Source: the human T2T-CHM13v2.0 reference genome, Homo sapiens. From it: DNA of 64,000 nt. The position numbers were made by a program, and so were the translations under genes. This document shows, piece after piece, positions 1 through 19,216 of this stretch. The notes under the pieces were generated by a model. That model was given only the letters and a program-made list of their open reading frames with translations. It searched no databases and was not told the origin of the DNA. How positions within the stretch are numbered: the stretch's first letter is position 1; each line of letters opens with the position of its first letter. The stretch lies in the NCBI RefSeq assembly GCF_009914755.1, contig NC_060925.1. The stretch is one strand, 5' to 3'.

Positions 1-899
1 TCAACTTTTGGCTGGATGAAGCTCTTCTGTAGAGTATTCAAGGAGGGCTTGTAAGTACTGTACAATATTCTCTGAGTTGTGACATGTTTAAAATTTCTTC
101 TGGAGCCTAGATACTTAAAGTACACCTTGGCCATGTAGAAAATCCTTGACAAACATTTCCTTTTCTTGAGTTTGTCTGAATTTGTGCTTCACTGTTGGGT
201 TGCTTGATGTTATCATCAAGAAGTGTGGCACCACTTGATTTTTTTCCCTTTTGGAAATGACATTTTGTTTGTTGTTTTTTACCTAGAGACCCAGATAATT
301 TTTTCTATATTATTTTATCTATGATCCTTTTTATCTCATTTTTGTTCTCATAGCTGTTTTATTCCTCTTCTCTGTATTTCTTACTTTACTTTTATTTGTG
401 TCTCTCAGGTACCCTGTGATTTAGTTTTCATTTTTAGATGATTTTATCTTTTCAGTATATTGCCTATGTTTGTTCAACTCTCATTTTACATCTTACTATT
501 GAGTTTAAAAATTTTTATTTGCTGTGTTCTTTTATATGTGCAATTAATGATATTCATGTTGGAGTGTTGTATATTATTTGCCTCTGCTTCATATTGTCTA
601 GAGGGTAGTATTTTCTATTGATTGAAAAGTTTTCATTTTCTGTTTTTTATAATAGCCTTGTATGGATTTTTGGTGGCTTTTCTATTCATGATTAAATGTG
701 TAGGATCTTCTTCAATCAGCAATAACAGGTGGCTCTATAGAATGGAGGGTAGAAGGGATGTGGGTGACTTACTCAGTTTTTAGTTAAAGAGGACCCTCTT
801 CTGTTAGCATGGTGAAGTGCAGTTTCTTTAATAAATTGTGCATGGTGGGGGTGGGATTTGGATTCTGTGATACAATCTTGTTTCTTTAGGAATCTTTTA

Positions 900-1147
900 C
901 TTTTGGCCACTTGCCTTTCTTTCCAAGGAATCCCACTCCCTTTCAAGGTGCCTCATGAACTGTTTTCATGAACTTTCCAAACATTGGTTTCTGCTTGTTT
1001 CTAAGCCTGATTCTTGGCCTTCTCATTAATTTTCAAAACTTCCAATATCCTTCCAAATAATTCCCTTTTGCTTACGTTAGCGAGTACTAGTTTGTTAGCC
1101 AGTGTTAGTTTCTGTTGATCCTAACCAAAAAACCCTAACTGAGATAT
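900..1147 (+). mobile_element. MLT1-type (ERVL-MaLR) LTR fragment
   Basis: 3' end motif gtttctgttg...aaccaaaaaaccctaactgagata resembles MLT1 LTR termini. Confidence 0.5.
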
Positions 1148-1175
1148 CAGTCTCTTAGCGCAAAGTTTGTGAATA

Positions 1176-1452
1176 CGGTCATCCCTCCATATGAGGAGGG
1201 GAGTGGGAATTGGTTGTGGGACTTCCGTGGATATCCAAATCAGTGGATGCTAAAGTCCCTTACATAAAATGGCATAGTATTTGGTTATCATCCTCCCCAT
1301 ACATCATCTCTAGATTATTTATAGTACTTAATACAATGTAATGCTGTGTAGTCATACTGTATTTTTTACTTGTATTTTTGTTGTTTTGTGGGATTTAAAA
1401 AATATTTTTATTCTGAGGATAGTTGAATCCACAGGATACTGAGGGCCAGCTG
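1176..1452. mobile_element. MER2-like TcMar-Tigger MITE
   Basis: TA-flanked termini cggtcatccctc...gagggccagctg; internal ggatgctaaagtcccttacataaaatggcatagtatt. Confidence 0.75.
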
Positions 1453-1639
1453 TATTCACAACCCAAATCACATACAAAGCGACAAGTTCATACACAATAG
1501 GCCTATTAGAACAGGACTGTTCTCTCTTGTTTATCATTGCAGCCTTTCTAGCACAAAGCCTGGGACATTCTGGACATTTAGTATGTGTTAAATTTCTCTT
1601 ACTACATTATTTCCAACAGTATTTACTGCAATCTGCAAT

Positions 1640-1781
1640 TACCTTCCTTTTGTTTTGTAACTGTGTCCCCCACTAGAATGTAAGCTCTGTGCAGATAGTG
1701 TCTCATTTATTGATGTATCCCTGGCATCTAATAAAACACTGACAACACAAGCACCCAGTAAATATTTTTTGAATGACTGAA
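1640..1781 (+). mobile_element. L2 3' end
   Basis: cactagaatgtaagctc...cagtaaatattttttgaatgactgaa is the typical L2 tail. Confidence 0.65.
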
Positions 1782-1983
1782 CAATAACCAGTTCATAAGG
1801 CTGATAAAATTGGTATAGCTAGATGAAGTATGATTTTGAGGGACTATGAAAATCAAAGTAACCACACAATAAATTATCAGCCCTCTACTTCCATTCAAAA
1901 CAAGCTCCTGGGAATTGAATTATGAAATCTATCATATTACTTTCTCTAAAGAACTTCAAGTTGGGTGTCAACTAAAAAGTTGC

Positions 1984-2568
<585 letters not shown>

Positions 2569-2852
2569 TTTCAAAATGAGAATATATGTTTCAAAACAAG
2601 TATAATGAATATACTTATTGATTGGAAAATATAATTAGAAGTATCTATCAGGCTATAAATTGCTTTTCTTCTCCCTTCCATGGAAATTAGTTTTTTTTTC
2701 CATTTTTAGTCAGTATGAAAATACAAGGAAAAGGAAATTCAATCAAATTTACTTTTTAACATTTTATTTGGAAATAATTTCAAACTTACAGAAAAGTTGC
2801 AAAAACAGTACAAAGAACTCATACATTCATTTACTGTTTTTCCTTTTACCCT

Positions 2853-3363
2853 ATATATTAGTTATTTATAGCTGTGTAACAAATAACCCCAAAGCTTAGT
2901 GGCTTACACCAAGTACTTTTCATCTTACACTGTTTCTGAGTCAGGATTCCAGGAGTGGCTAAGCTAGGTGGTCCTACCTCTGGGTCTCTCATGAAGTTGT
3001 AGTCAGCCAAAGGCTTGACCAAGGTTGGAGGATCTACTTCCAAAGTGACTCACTCCGTGGCATTTGGTAGGAGGCTACAAACAGTTCCTGGACAACTGGA
3101 TCTCTCCATAGGCTGCTTGAGTGTCCTGAAAACACGGAAGCAGGCTTCCCCAGGCTCCAAGCCCCAAAATGAATGAAAAAGAGACCCGCAAAGGAAGATG
3201 CAGTGCCTTTTATGACCTAGCCTCTGAAGTCAATACTGTCACTTCTGTTTTGATCTATCAAGAGTCACTAAGCCTAGTCTACACTCAAGGGGAGGGGAAT
3301 TAGAGTCCACCTCTTCCAGGGAGGAATATCATTGAATCTGTGAACATATCTTAGAACTACCAT
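2853..3363 (-). mobile_element. MLT1 LTR nested in an old L1M 3' fragment (L1 about 2755-2850 and 3365-3620)
   Basis: tatattagtt...gctgtgtaacaaataaccccaaagcttagtggctta MLT1 terminus; flank aatttcaaacttacagaaaagttgcaaaa is L1MC/ME-like. Confidence 0.65.
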
Positions 3364-4228
3364 ACCTAGTTTCAGTACTTTTAAACATTCGCCATTTTGC
3401 TTTGTCCCTCTCTTTTCCCCACCTACATATACATACACATACATGTTACTCCCTAACCATCTGAGAGTAGGGAGCATGCGGTGTATCCCTATCCCTCGTG
3501 TTTTTCTCTTAAGGAAAAGGATATTCTATTATACAACACGGTAGTTATCAATATCTAATTTTAACATTGTGATACTTTAAAGTCCACTTCCACTTGTGTA
3601 AATTGCCCTTTCTAGCAATGTTCCCATCAAATTTATTTTTAAACAATACAGTAAAAACGTAGAGGGCCACAAAGGGTGACATCGGTCAGGTAAGGTATTT
3701 TTTTTGGCAGGGAATAAAAAAGGTCCTGGGTCTAGGGAGGTAAACAAGCGTGAGCCAGCTGAGTTCTAGCGGGGGTCCCTGAACACCAAAAGGACAAGAC
3801 TGTTTCTGAAACACTACATTATCTCTTAAGTTACCCATTACTTACGGAAAATGATTTTTTACTGTTCCCTTCGGTTCCTGTCTTGGTTAGAACACAGCTG
3901 GAGATTGTGTTAATAGCTTAGGACGTCTGTTTCCGTGAGCAGGTAACAACTTTTTGAAACAAATTCCCTCATCTGCTGAAGAAGGGGGACAAAAACGGCC
4001 CCTATCGCCCAGAACCGTTGCGAGGATTTAGCTAGCTGGTGACGCCGGAGCACGAAGTTGTACAGGTAGCCAGCAGCACCCACGCGAGCCCGCGGTTACC
4101 CTGGCCGCGCGGCTACTGTAGAGTGGGCTGGCGGCGAGCGGGCGGGGCGGTATCACGCGGGAGGGGCGGGGCCCGCTCGTCGGCTGATCGCACGATTGTG
4201 ACGCGCCGCCGGAGGCAGGCCGGGCCCT

Positions 4229-4240
4229 CAAGATGGCGGC
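4229..4240 (+). promoter_or_regulatory. YY1-type motif CAAGATGGCGGC near the TSS; also contains an upstream ATG
   Basis: Exact match to the established YY1 consensus AAGATGGCGGC. Confidence 0.7.
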
Positions 4241-4271
4241 GGGCGCCCAGAGCGGCTCGGCCCGGCAGTAG
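4233..4271 (+). other. uORF1 (MAAGAQSGSARQ*)
   Basis: aagATGG strong Kozak context, TAG at 4269-4271; only functional if the TSS lies upstream of 4233. Confidence 0.55.
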
Positions 4272-4340
4272 TGGTGGGACGGCACTAGCTGCTGGGGCCT
4301 GCCGCCCCGGGAGTGGCTGCAGCAGCGCCAGGAATCGAGG

Positions 4341-4352
4341 ATGGTAAAATGA
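4341..4352 (+). other. uORF2 (ATG GTA AAA TGA, MVK*) whose stop overlaps the main ATG
   Basis: gAggATGG strong Kozak context; TGA 4350-4352 overlaps ATG 4349-4351. Confidence 0.8.
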
Positions 4353-4432
4353 CCCAGGGGAAGAAGAAGAAACGGGCCGCGAACCGCAGTATCATGCTGG
4401 CCAAGAAGATCATCATTAAGGACGGAGGCACG
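4349..4432 (+). CDS. MFSD14A: MFSD14A exon 1 coding part (MTQGKKKKRAANRSIMLAKKIIIKDGGT)
   Basis: ATG at 4349; donor ACG/GTGAGC at 4432/4433; phase 0. Confidence 0.95.
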
Positions 4433-6523
4433 GTGAGCTGAGTTCCGCGCCGGCGAGCGTCCCTCGGGGCCCCCATCCGGTCTCTCCTTCAGACCCCCAC
4501 ACTGCCGTCTCTAGGCGTCCCGGTGCCTCCCTCCCTTCCCCCACCCTGTCCGAGCTGCCGGTGCCTCGGGGTCGCGGACCCGCATGCCGCCGCTCCGGGA
4601 ATCGTCCTCCGCTGCTCGGGCTTGCGGCCTCCGGGGCCCGTCCTCTTTCTTTCCCGCACCTGCCGCCCTCTGCTCTGGCCGCCTCTGCAGGCCCTGCGGC
4701 CTCGAACCCCACGTGCGCCTCCGCCGCGGGGAGGAATGTGCGGGGCTCCCCCGGCGGCCCGCCCGCCGCGCCCCTCGTCGCCGCAGCCTCGCCTCGCCTT
4801 CGCCGCCAGGCCCCGCGGAGCCGTCGCCGCGCTTGTCAAGGGGCTGGGAACCATCCCTGCTCTCCCATATGTTGCTAACGGGGTGGCGTCTGGCGCGGGG
4901 ATCCCGCTGCGGCCCCGTAGTACGTTCGCTTTCTGTTTCCACGTCTCTCTGCGTCGGTGCTCCGGCTCTGGGCTGCTTACAGTAAACCCTGACCGGAGAT
5001 GGGCTTCCCTCACTTCCCGGAGTCGGAAGCATGACGGCAGACACCTGGGGCCTACATTCGAACCTGCTAGTTTTCAAAGAAAAGTCATCACTGTGTGTCT
5101 TAAGATCAAAAGTATTAGAATCAGTCATGGCCTAAGGATCGGAGGAGGACACTTTGAAGGGAAGAAAGGTTTGCTTTTTAGAAACAGTTGTCATCACAGT
5201 AAACTTTATGCAGTGTGTAGTTAACCAGCTGGGGACGTAGGATTTTTAATTGAAAAACAAAACAAAACAAAACTGTTTTATGCTAACATTTCTCCGTTGC
5301 TACACTGTGTGGTCTTTGTTGCATCCGCTGATACCGCGTTCTGAAATAGAATGGAAAGGTGATATATATGTTTCACTTACCTGAAGTGTGCAGAAATTGT
5401 ACCATTAATTCCATTTCTGTTTATATCTTATTGGAGCCGCGATCAACTGCTAGCACAGTAGTAAATGTGTAAGTAGGCCACCATTGAGGATTTGCTGAAT
5501 TCAGTTGAAAAACGTGACAAAATTTTATGACATTTCAGAACACGGCCCAGTCAATATGCCAAAGTTTAGAAAACTTGAGACATATGTAATGACTTTGGAA
5601 TATATTTTTAGTTTAACGTTTATTATATGTTATAGCTTTGACATTTATTGAAAAAAAGAAACAAATTCCTCAAGTTCTTTTTATTGAACTTGATTAATTA
5701 AAACATTACTTTGATTAGATCGGTTATGAAGAGTCATAGCTCTTTTGACCAAGTAGGTAAGAACTATGTGGGGAGAAAAATACTGTTGCCTTTGTCTACC
5801 TTTAGAAAGAGACAATATTTTACATTCTTCATAAAATCTACAAAATAGTGGCAATGAAAGATTGTATTTTGTAAGACCAAGTGATATTTAAGATCAGTAT
5901 TTTTTACAAAATGTAAGAATGAAACTGATTAAGAAACACAGCTTCCTTTTCCTTGGAAAGTTCAGTTTTATTACCTTTCTTTGGGGTTTTGTTTGATTTG
6001 CTTTACAGCAGATGCTTTCTTTCCAAATCCTGTGAGTTTTGGAAAAGATCGTTTTTAAACTTTCTTGTCCTATTATTAAGGTTGTAATTAATTCTTAGCC
6101 TGCTTTGGGACACAAAATAAAATGTTTGCACCAGCAATAGGTTTCACATAGAACAAATGAAGACTTTTCTTGAGGGCTGTGAACATGGGGGCTATTATCA
6201 TTTCTCATCTTTATACACTTAATATTTCATTCTCTATTCTAAGAGCACTGGGCACTCCTTTAGAAAAGGGGCTTTGTTTTGTATGTTTGGATCCCACAGG
6301 GCCTAGTATGTGAATTTTAAAGTGATAAAAACACTTCTATTTTGTACTAGCACATTCCTAGATGAATTTTTATTGTAATTTTGTTTATTCTTATACGTAA
6401 TCAGAGGATATATTTCAATAAATATCAGGGGAATATTTTGCATTATTTGTATTTTAATCCATCCCAGCTTTAAATTTAAAAAGTATAACTATTGCAGTCA
6501 TAGAAATGATTGTAAAATGGTAG

Positions 6524-6873
<350 letters not shown>

Positions 6874-7757
6874 ACTGAACATTTTTTAAGAAAGGGGAAA
6901 AAATTGCCATTTGATACTCTGTTGTTGTGTGTTTTTTAATTCATCGTATCATAGAATATTTCAGTGCTATTGCTGTTGACCTCAGAGTTTCAGAGTTTTT
7001 ATAAAGTTCCGCCAATGGGTAGATTCATTCAGTGAGATGTCTGAGGCTCTATGGTCGGTACATGACAGTCGTGAACAGTATTTCACATACCTGGTCAATG
7101 GTACTGATTTGATCCCCCTTCTGATTTCTTCTTTTCAACAATGTTAATAAAATTCTTTCCCGTTGTCCTGCTAATGACATATATGTAAGCCTATTTGGCC
7201 AGTTTAAATATTTATAAACAAAACTAGTAAGAGTTGTTAATGATTTTTCTGAAAATTAGAGCAGATTAGAGCAGATTTGTAGTTTTCAACGGCTGAAGAA
7301 ATAAATCCTTCTAAATGAGCCAGATTAATCGTAAGTTACTGATTTTTTTATTGAAATTGTATTTCATTGAATTGTATTTCATTCAGCTGAATGAAAAACA
7401 GGCCAGGATAAAGCTAACAAGTAGGCTACCTATGTGAGTAGACACAATTAAGATAAATTACATTAAGGTGTGTGATTTTATATTAGGTGTTTTTAACCTG
7501 GGTCTGTTCACCCTGAAGTTGTTTGCAAAATTTTCTTTTGGCTATACATGTTTCTTGGAAGAGTCCCAAAAGGTCCATACTTCCCAAAAGTTTAAGAGCA
7601 ATTGTTCTGTTTGAAAACAGCATAAGTAACTAAAGAATAAGTTCCACATATTATATTCAGTAAATATTTAATCATATACTGTATACTACTTCACTGATGA
7701 AAGTAACCATATTAGTGAATTTGCTTTTAAAGCATCCATATATAGAAATAGTTTTTA

Positions 7758-8053
7758 GGCCAGGGGCAGTGGCTCACGCCTGTAATCCCAGCACTTTGGG
7801 AGGCCAGTGTGGGCAGATCACTTGAGGCCAGGAGTCTGAGACTAGCCTGGCCAACATGGTGAAACCCCATCTTTACCAAAATTACAAAAATGAGCTAGGT
7901 GTGGTGGTATGTGCCTGTAATCCCAGCTACCCGGGAGGCCGAGGCACGAGAATCACTTGAACCTGGGAGGCCAAGATTGCAGTGAGCCTAGATCACGCCA
8001 CTGCATTCCAGCCTGGGTGATGGAGTGAAACTGTCTCAAAAAAAAAAAAAAAG
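7758..8053 (+). mobile_element. Alu
   Basis: Full-length Alu; TSD-like aaatagtttttag / aagaagtttttag. Confidence 0.93.
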
Positions 8054-8708
8054 AAGTTTTTAGTTACAGGTTTTCATGTATGTAACATTCAGTGTAGGTA
8101 TTTAAGACAGCTGAAATAAAAATACCTTCTGACATTTTCAAATACTAGAATTCTGTTTTGTTTTATTAAAGCATTACCACTTGTTTTTAAGCATTCCTGT
8201 TAGAGGCTAAGAGCTAAAGAGTTATTTACAGTATTCAAATTGAATTTTCCTTATCTTTTAAAATGCTCATCTTAAAATATGATCTTTATTGTTTTGGCCA
8301 TACAATTGTGGAACTACATCTCTGACAGTGGAAAATGTATAGTTCTTTCAGAAGTTTGTGGTAAAATGACTTTAAAGATTTGATAGAAAGTAAGGCATAT
8401 CTGAATTGCATGGTCGGAAGTACCTGAAAAAAGTAAAATTGATATATCATTTGAAAATGAAATGCATATCCCTGGATAAGCAGAGCACCAGATTTTTTTT
8501 TTCTTGGCATCCCTGATTTTAATTAAATAGGAGTCAGCAACCGTTTCAAGAGCAGGACCCAAGCTCTGACCCTTTGCACTCTTCACCTGCAAGGATGGCT
8601 GAAGTAGTGGCAGGAAAGCTCTCTGGGATGTAGGGCCTTTGTAGACCCAGAGAGCTGTTAAATAACCTTTGGTTGCTAGCATGCAAGCAATAAGAAGGGC
8701 CTGTGGTG

Positions 8709-9022
8709 CTTTTCTTTTTCTTTCTTTTTTTTTTTCTTTTGAGACAGAGTTTTGCTCTTGTTGCTCAGGCTGGGGTGCAATGGCGTGATCTTGGCTCACA
8801 GCAACCTCTGCCTCCCTGGTTCAAGGAATTCTCCTACCTTAGCCTCCTGAATAGCTGGGATTACAGGCATGTGCCATCATGCCCAGCTAATTTTTGTATT
8901 TTTTTAGTAGAGACCGGATTTTACCATGTTGGCCAGGCTGGTCTCGAACTCTTGACTTCGGGTGATCCACCTGCCTCAGTCTTCCAAAGTGGGATTACAG
9001 GTGTCAGCCACTGCGCCTGGCC
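8709..9022 (-). mobile_element. AluS
   Basis: Full-length antisense Alu, TSD gtggtgctttt. Confidence 0.93.
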
Positions 9023-9659
9023 CCGTGGTGCTTTTCAAAAAGCCTAGAAACATCAGGGTGTTTATATTGTCTTTGGCAGGTGTGTGGCTGGCAGCATCAT
9101 TAATTACTTAGCTCCTTACCTCCATGGTTCAGTGTTTGGTTTAGATTGGTGTGTTTGGGGATAAATTAATATGCAGTTTTTTTTTCAGATGGCTATATGC
9201 ATCCAGTTCATCCTCATGTAGTTAGAAGACTTGCATACCAACATAATCAGACCGTCTGCAGAAATTCTCCTACAGTTGAAATGTAACTCCTTTGCAGCTA
9301 CTGAAAGTTTAAAGTTTAAGTAAAAAAATGAATAGCTTTCTTCAGGTAACATTCTGACAAGTCTGTATGATTTAAAAGTTTCAATTATAAGGAACTCTGA
9401 TTGTCTTTTAGCATTATTTTAAATTGGAAGTGTGAAAGTAACAGTTGACAGTTTCAGCCAGGGTACATCAAGAAGAGATGAATATGGGTATAATATAGCT
9501 CTCAAAATTTCCAGTACTTTATAACAAAGAAATATCCCTCCCACTGCCCTGTTTTTTAAAAAATAAATAATACATGTTTTCCTTCCAGTCGTGGGAAACT
9601 TAATAGAATGGTTCAGGAGGGACAAGTATATGCAGCATACCTGTCATTTTCCATTCAAG

Positions 9660-13955
<4,296 letters not shown>

Positions 13956-14284
13956 ATGCTAGTTTTAGGTAATTTTTCTCTTAAATAAACAAAGCATTTT
14001 CCTCCTAAAGTGCAAGCATGCTTATTAGAAAAGATATGGAAAATTCAGAATAGCATAGTAAACAATGTGATATCACTTAAAATCATTACCTAATATAAAT
14101 TTTATTTACATTGAGGTCAGTATTTATTGTTTTTCAGAGTTGAAATTACCCTACCTATACATGTTATATCCTACTTTGATTTTTAAAAAAATTAGCATGC
14201 TTTAAGCCCTGAGAAGTTGTACCAAGCTTTCTGCTAGGGGCTGGGTATATGTGGTGGTGAACATGGTGGACAAAACAGGTTTAA

Positions 14285-14596
<312 letters not shown>

Positions 14597-14599
14597 TCC

Positions 14600-15945
14600 T
14601 GTGGTCTTTTTTTGACCTTATATTACTATGCTTGTTCCATTTGATACTAGGCATCACCTCCTCCTTCCTGAAACTGCTCCATTGTCATATGTGACACTGT
14701 ATTCTCTTCACTCTCCTGATATTTTCTTACTGTTCCTTTTATCTTCCTCTTTTCTTTATCAAAGAAGAAAAACCTTCACTATTTTCCTGTGCCTCCTACT
14801 TAAAATGTTGGCGCTTCTTGGGGTTCTGTCTCAGCCCACTGCTGTTTTCACACTTGACACTCCTGATAATCTCATCTACTCTGGTGGTTTCAGATATCAC
14901 ATTTGCTGCTAATTGTTTTAATCAGTGCTCAAAGACAATACAAATGTTTCAAGTAAAGAGGGCAGTTTTGTAGATAGGACCTGAAGTAAATCTGAGCCTC
15001 GTGGGGGGAAGTGCTGGGAAGCCACCAGCTTTAACTGCTAGACAACCAAGCTAAACACTTGGAAGTTGTTCTTGATTCTCCCTTCCGCTATTTATCAAGC
15101 TCCTCCCAATTTCAAATCCTGAATCCTTAATCCGTTCCCTCCCCTCCAACATTCATACTGTGCCACTGTTTTATGCCCTCATTTCTTGTTTGAGCTGATT
15201 CAGATAGCTTCCTTTTAGATGCGCTTTGCTTCTCCATTTTATCCTTTAGGAAATCACCAGAGTGATAATACTGCAGTGAGTCTTAAGACATCTCTGGCAG
15301 CGGTATAAACTTAATTTTGTATTTTCTTTCTCATGTATATCAAATTCCAAATCTCTTACATACTTTCGCTGGGGATTGTTCTGCTTTTGAGCCATGTTGA
15401 TATCGTGTTTATATTTTTGCCACTTGCTTCATTTATGGTTTTTTTTTTTTTTTTTGGTTACATCTTTGCCAGAATAATCTTAAAACTTTCATCTGATTGT
15501 GTCAGTCTTAATATCTTTTAGTGGCTCCCCATGGCCTTCAGAATTAAATATAGACTCCTTAGCATGGAAGCTGGTCTTTGAGTACCTGTAGCTTGTCTTT
15601 CAATACACCCAACGTGCAGCCCATGCACTGGTTGTACTGAACTCGATATATGAGACCCATAATGCCGCAAGCCTTGGAAGCTTTGTACAGGCTGAGCCAT
15701 CTTTTCCACCCTATACCTCCGCCTGTCTAACTCTGTTGTGTCCTTTCAGCCTTCCTCCTGGAAGTCTGATATTTCCCACCTCCCAAGCTCCCTTGGACTC
15801 TGTATGTTCCAACTGCATACTGTGCTTATGCTAATGAATTTCGTTGTTGCCTTGTCTGTCCCTCTGACTTTGAAGACAGAGGCAGTGAGTACAGATGTTT
15901 GACACAGTGCCCAGTACATATATGATCTTAATATTTGTTGACTAT
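14600..15945 (+). mobile_element. Degenerate L2 fragments
   Basis: gtggctcccc...aattaaatatagactccttagcatgg and cacagtgcccagtacata...aatatttgttgac. Confidence 0.55.
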
Positions 15946-16025
15946 TAACATCGTTGTTATTGTTAATAATTATAGAATGTACTGTTAACTTTTTTTAACT
16001 TTTTAAAAAATCTTGTTTTTTATAG

Positions 16026-16121
16026 CCTCAAGGAATAGGTTCTCCTAGTGTCTATCATGCAGTTATCGTCATCTTTTTGGAGTTTTTTGCTTGGGGACTA
16101 TTGACAGCACCCACCTTGGTG
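16026..16121 (+). CDS. MFSD14A: MFSD14A exon 2 (PQGIGSPSVYHAVIVIFLEFFAWGLLTAPTLV)
   Basis: ttttttatag/ acceptor, GTG/gtaagt donor, 96 nt, phase 0-0. Confidence 0.96.
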
Positions 16122-16855
16122 GTAAGTAATCTTTTAAATTATTTAACACTGACTCCAAAATCTCTTCTTCTTCAGTTTTGGAGGAAAATGTGGGCCTTTT
16201 CCCTTTGCACGGTTAATTCTCCCACCAGTATTGTTCAGTATTCACCAGTATTTTACTGGTTGTCTTTTCCAACTGTTAACTCTCCCTTACCTTTTTTTGG
16301 GAGGGGGGTGGCGTGGAGGTGTTTGAATTTGGACTTGTCACTGGGCATGTTCAAGCAGAGGCTCTGTAACTACTCTGAGTAAAATGGAAGAGATTCTTAA
16401 ACCGACAGGTTTAGAAAAGATGATGTCTGTGACCTGCATGACTCGGCATAATTACTTTGAGGTTCATTTATGCAGCTGTACTTTCCAAAAACAGGTTTCT
16501 GTTCATTTGGGCTAAGTACCTAGAAGGGCTATTCTTTAATAGATCTAAGCTGATTTTACCCAAATTCTCCCAGGTTTGAAACTTTAGAAAAGACCTCCCT
16601 GCCCGACCAAACAACTCAGAAGATAGCCAGTTTTCTTATATTGGTGTAGATAAGGGGAATGGAAGGAGGGAAGGACTATCTATGGTAAATATCTATACCA
16701 TCTTGAAAGGAGTAATTATGATAAATGTACAGTTTACCAAATCCTAGAGGAATAGAGTTTTAAAGTAATATACTATGTTTTCATGAAGGTTTTTATAAAA
16801 AAGTTATTTAATAGAAAAATTATGTAAGTAGATTGAACTAGCCTAAGAACATTTA

Positions 16856-17518
<663 letters not shown>

Positions 17519-17914
17519 TCATTTTGAATATATAGAGCATGTTCATGAGTATTGCTATAAAAAAATATCAGAGGGTTTTTTTTTTTTTTTTAGTTTACTG
17601 ATTTCAGATAGAAATCTTTAAAAAATTAATTTACACATTTCCTGGCTTCATAATCCAAGTACAACGATTTGGAACTTCCTCAGATGATGCAAGTTGATTA
17701 TGACATTCATAACTTCATTGAATTGTAATAACCTGTTTTTGTCAAGGGTTACTGAAGTGCTGTAATAACTTTTTGGGCTCATGACTTTACATTAGCTTTC
17801 CTAATGCGCCAGCGTGCTTTTTATAATCTGTCAGTTTAACATACAAATCTGTCTGGTAGACCATCACTCCTACCATTTAAAGTACTTGAGCTTTGTAATA
17901 GTAAACAGCCCACG

Positions 17915-18180
17915 TGTATTTATATTATGATGGATCTAGGCACAGTCCTTTAATGTATTCAAAGTGGACTATGTTAAGCACAGTCCTAATGTATTCCACT
18001 TTGAATACATTATCATTTTTCATCCTTACAACCACCTTATCAGTGAGATATTAGCCTCATAATACAGATGAGGAAACCGGGGCTTAGAAAAGTTAAGCAA
18101 TTTGATTGCTACTCTGACAGTAAGCTGCAGTGTTGGTATTTGCACCCAGGCTTCCTTGACTCCTCCAGTGCTCAGTCTTT
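17915..18180 (-). mobile_element. MIR carrying a templated insertion at about 17950-17995
   Basis: acagatgaggaaaccggggcttagaaaagttaag MIR core. Confidence 0.75.
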
Positions 18181-18519
18181 TGGGGAATGCAGGTAGTAAC
18201 TTGTTTGTACCCATGTTTTAGATAGTTGAGGTTGTCAGGCAGCCCAACCACTAGCTAAGTAGGGTGATCAAAATGTGGATGAGCTGTTAGCAAGCTATGA
18301 AAAAAAGCATTTTGTGATGTTTCCATAATTTGTTATCAGTATTTCAAGTGTGTATAGCTATTTTTAAAATTTGCTTCTTGTTTAAATTTTTTTAGGTATG
18401 TTATCTTTCGTGTTATTTTGGTACATTTTTTTCCTAGTTGGACAAAGGGAGGCTATCTTTTTTAAGAACAAGGAAGGAGTCCCCTTAATTAGAAAGGCTT
18501 GTTTATTCATTTTTCATAG

Positions 18520-19216
<697 letters not shown>

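Larger units (their letters stand above)
3990..5060. promoter_or_regulatory. CpG-island promoter of MFSD14A, extending into intron 1
   Basis: Very high GC and CpG density in AT-rich flanks; GC boxes GGGCGG at 4140-4150 and 4163-4171; GTGACG half-CRE sites at 4039 and 4198; no TATA box. Confidence 0.92.

Noticed and set aside
4028-5224. Many overlapping ORFs of 85-233 aa on both strands in the CpG island
   Set aside because: GC-rich sequence has few stop codons; the products are Pro/Arg/Gly/Ala-rich with no recognisable domain, and most lie in intron 1 or antisense
7253-7384. Short tandem duplications (attagagcag x2; attgtatttcatt x2)
   Set aside because: Ordinary slippage duplications with only two units and no spacers; not CRISPR-like
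16220-16500. Repeat-free intronic stretch after exon 2 with cagtatt x3, a small inverted repeat, TGCATG and TGACTC motifs
   Set aside because: Could be a regulatory element, but short motifs alone are not enough and no convincing exon boundaries or snoRNA box pairs were found
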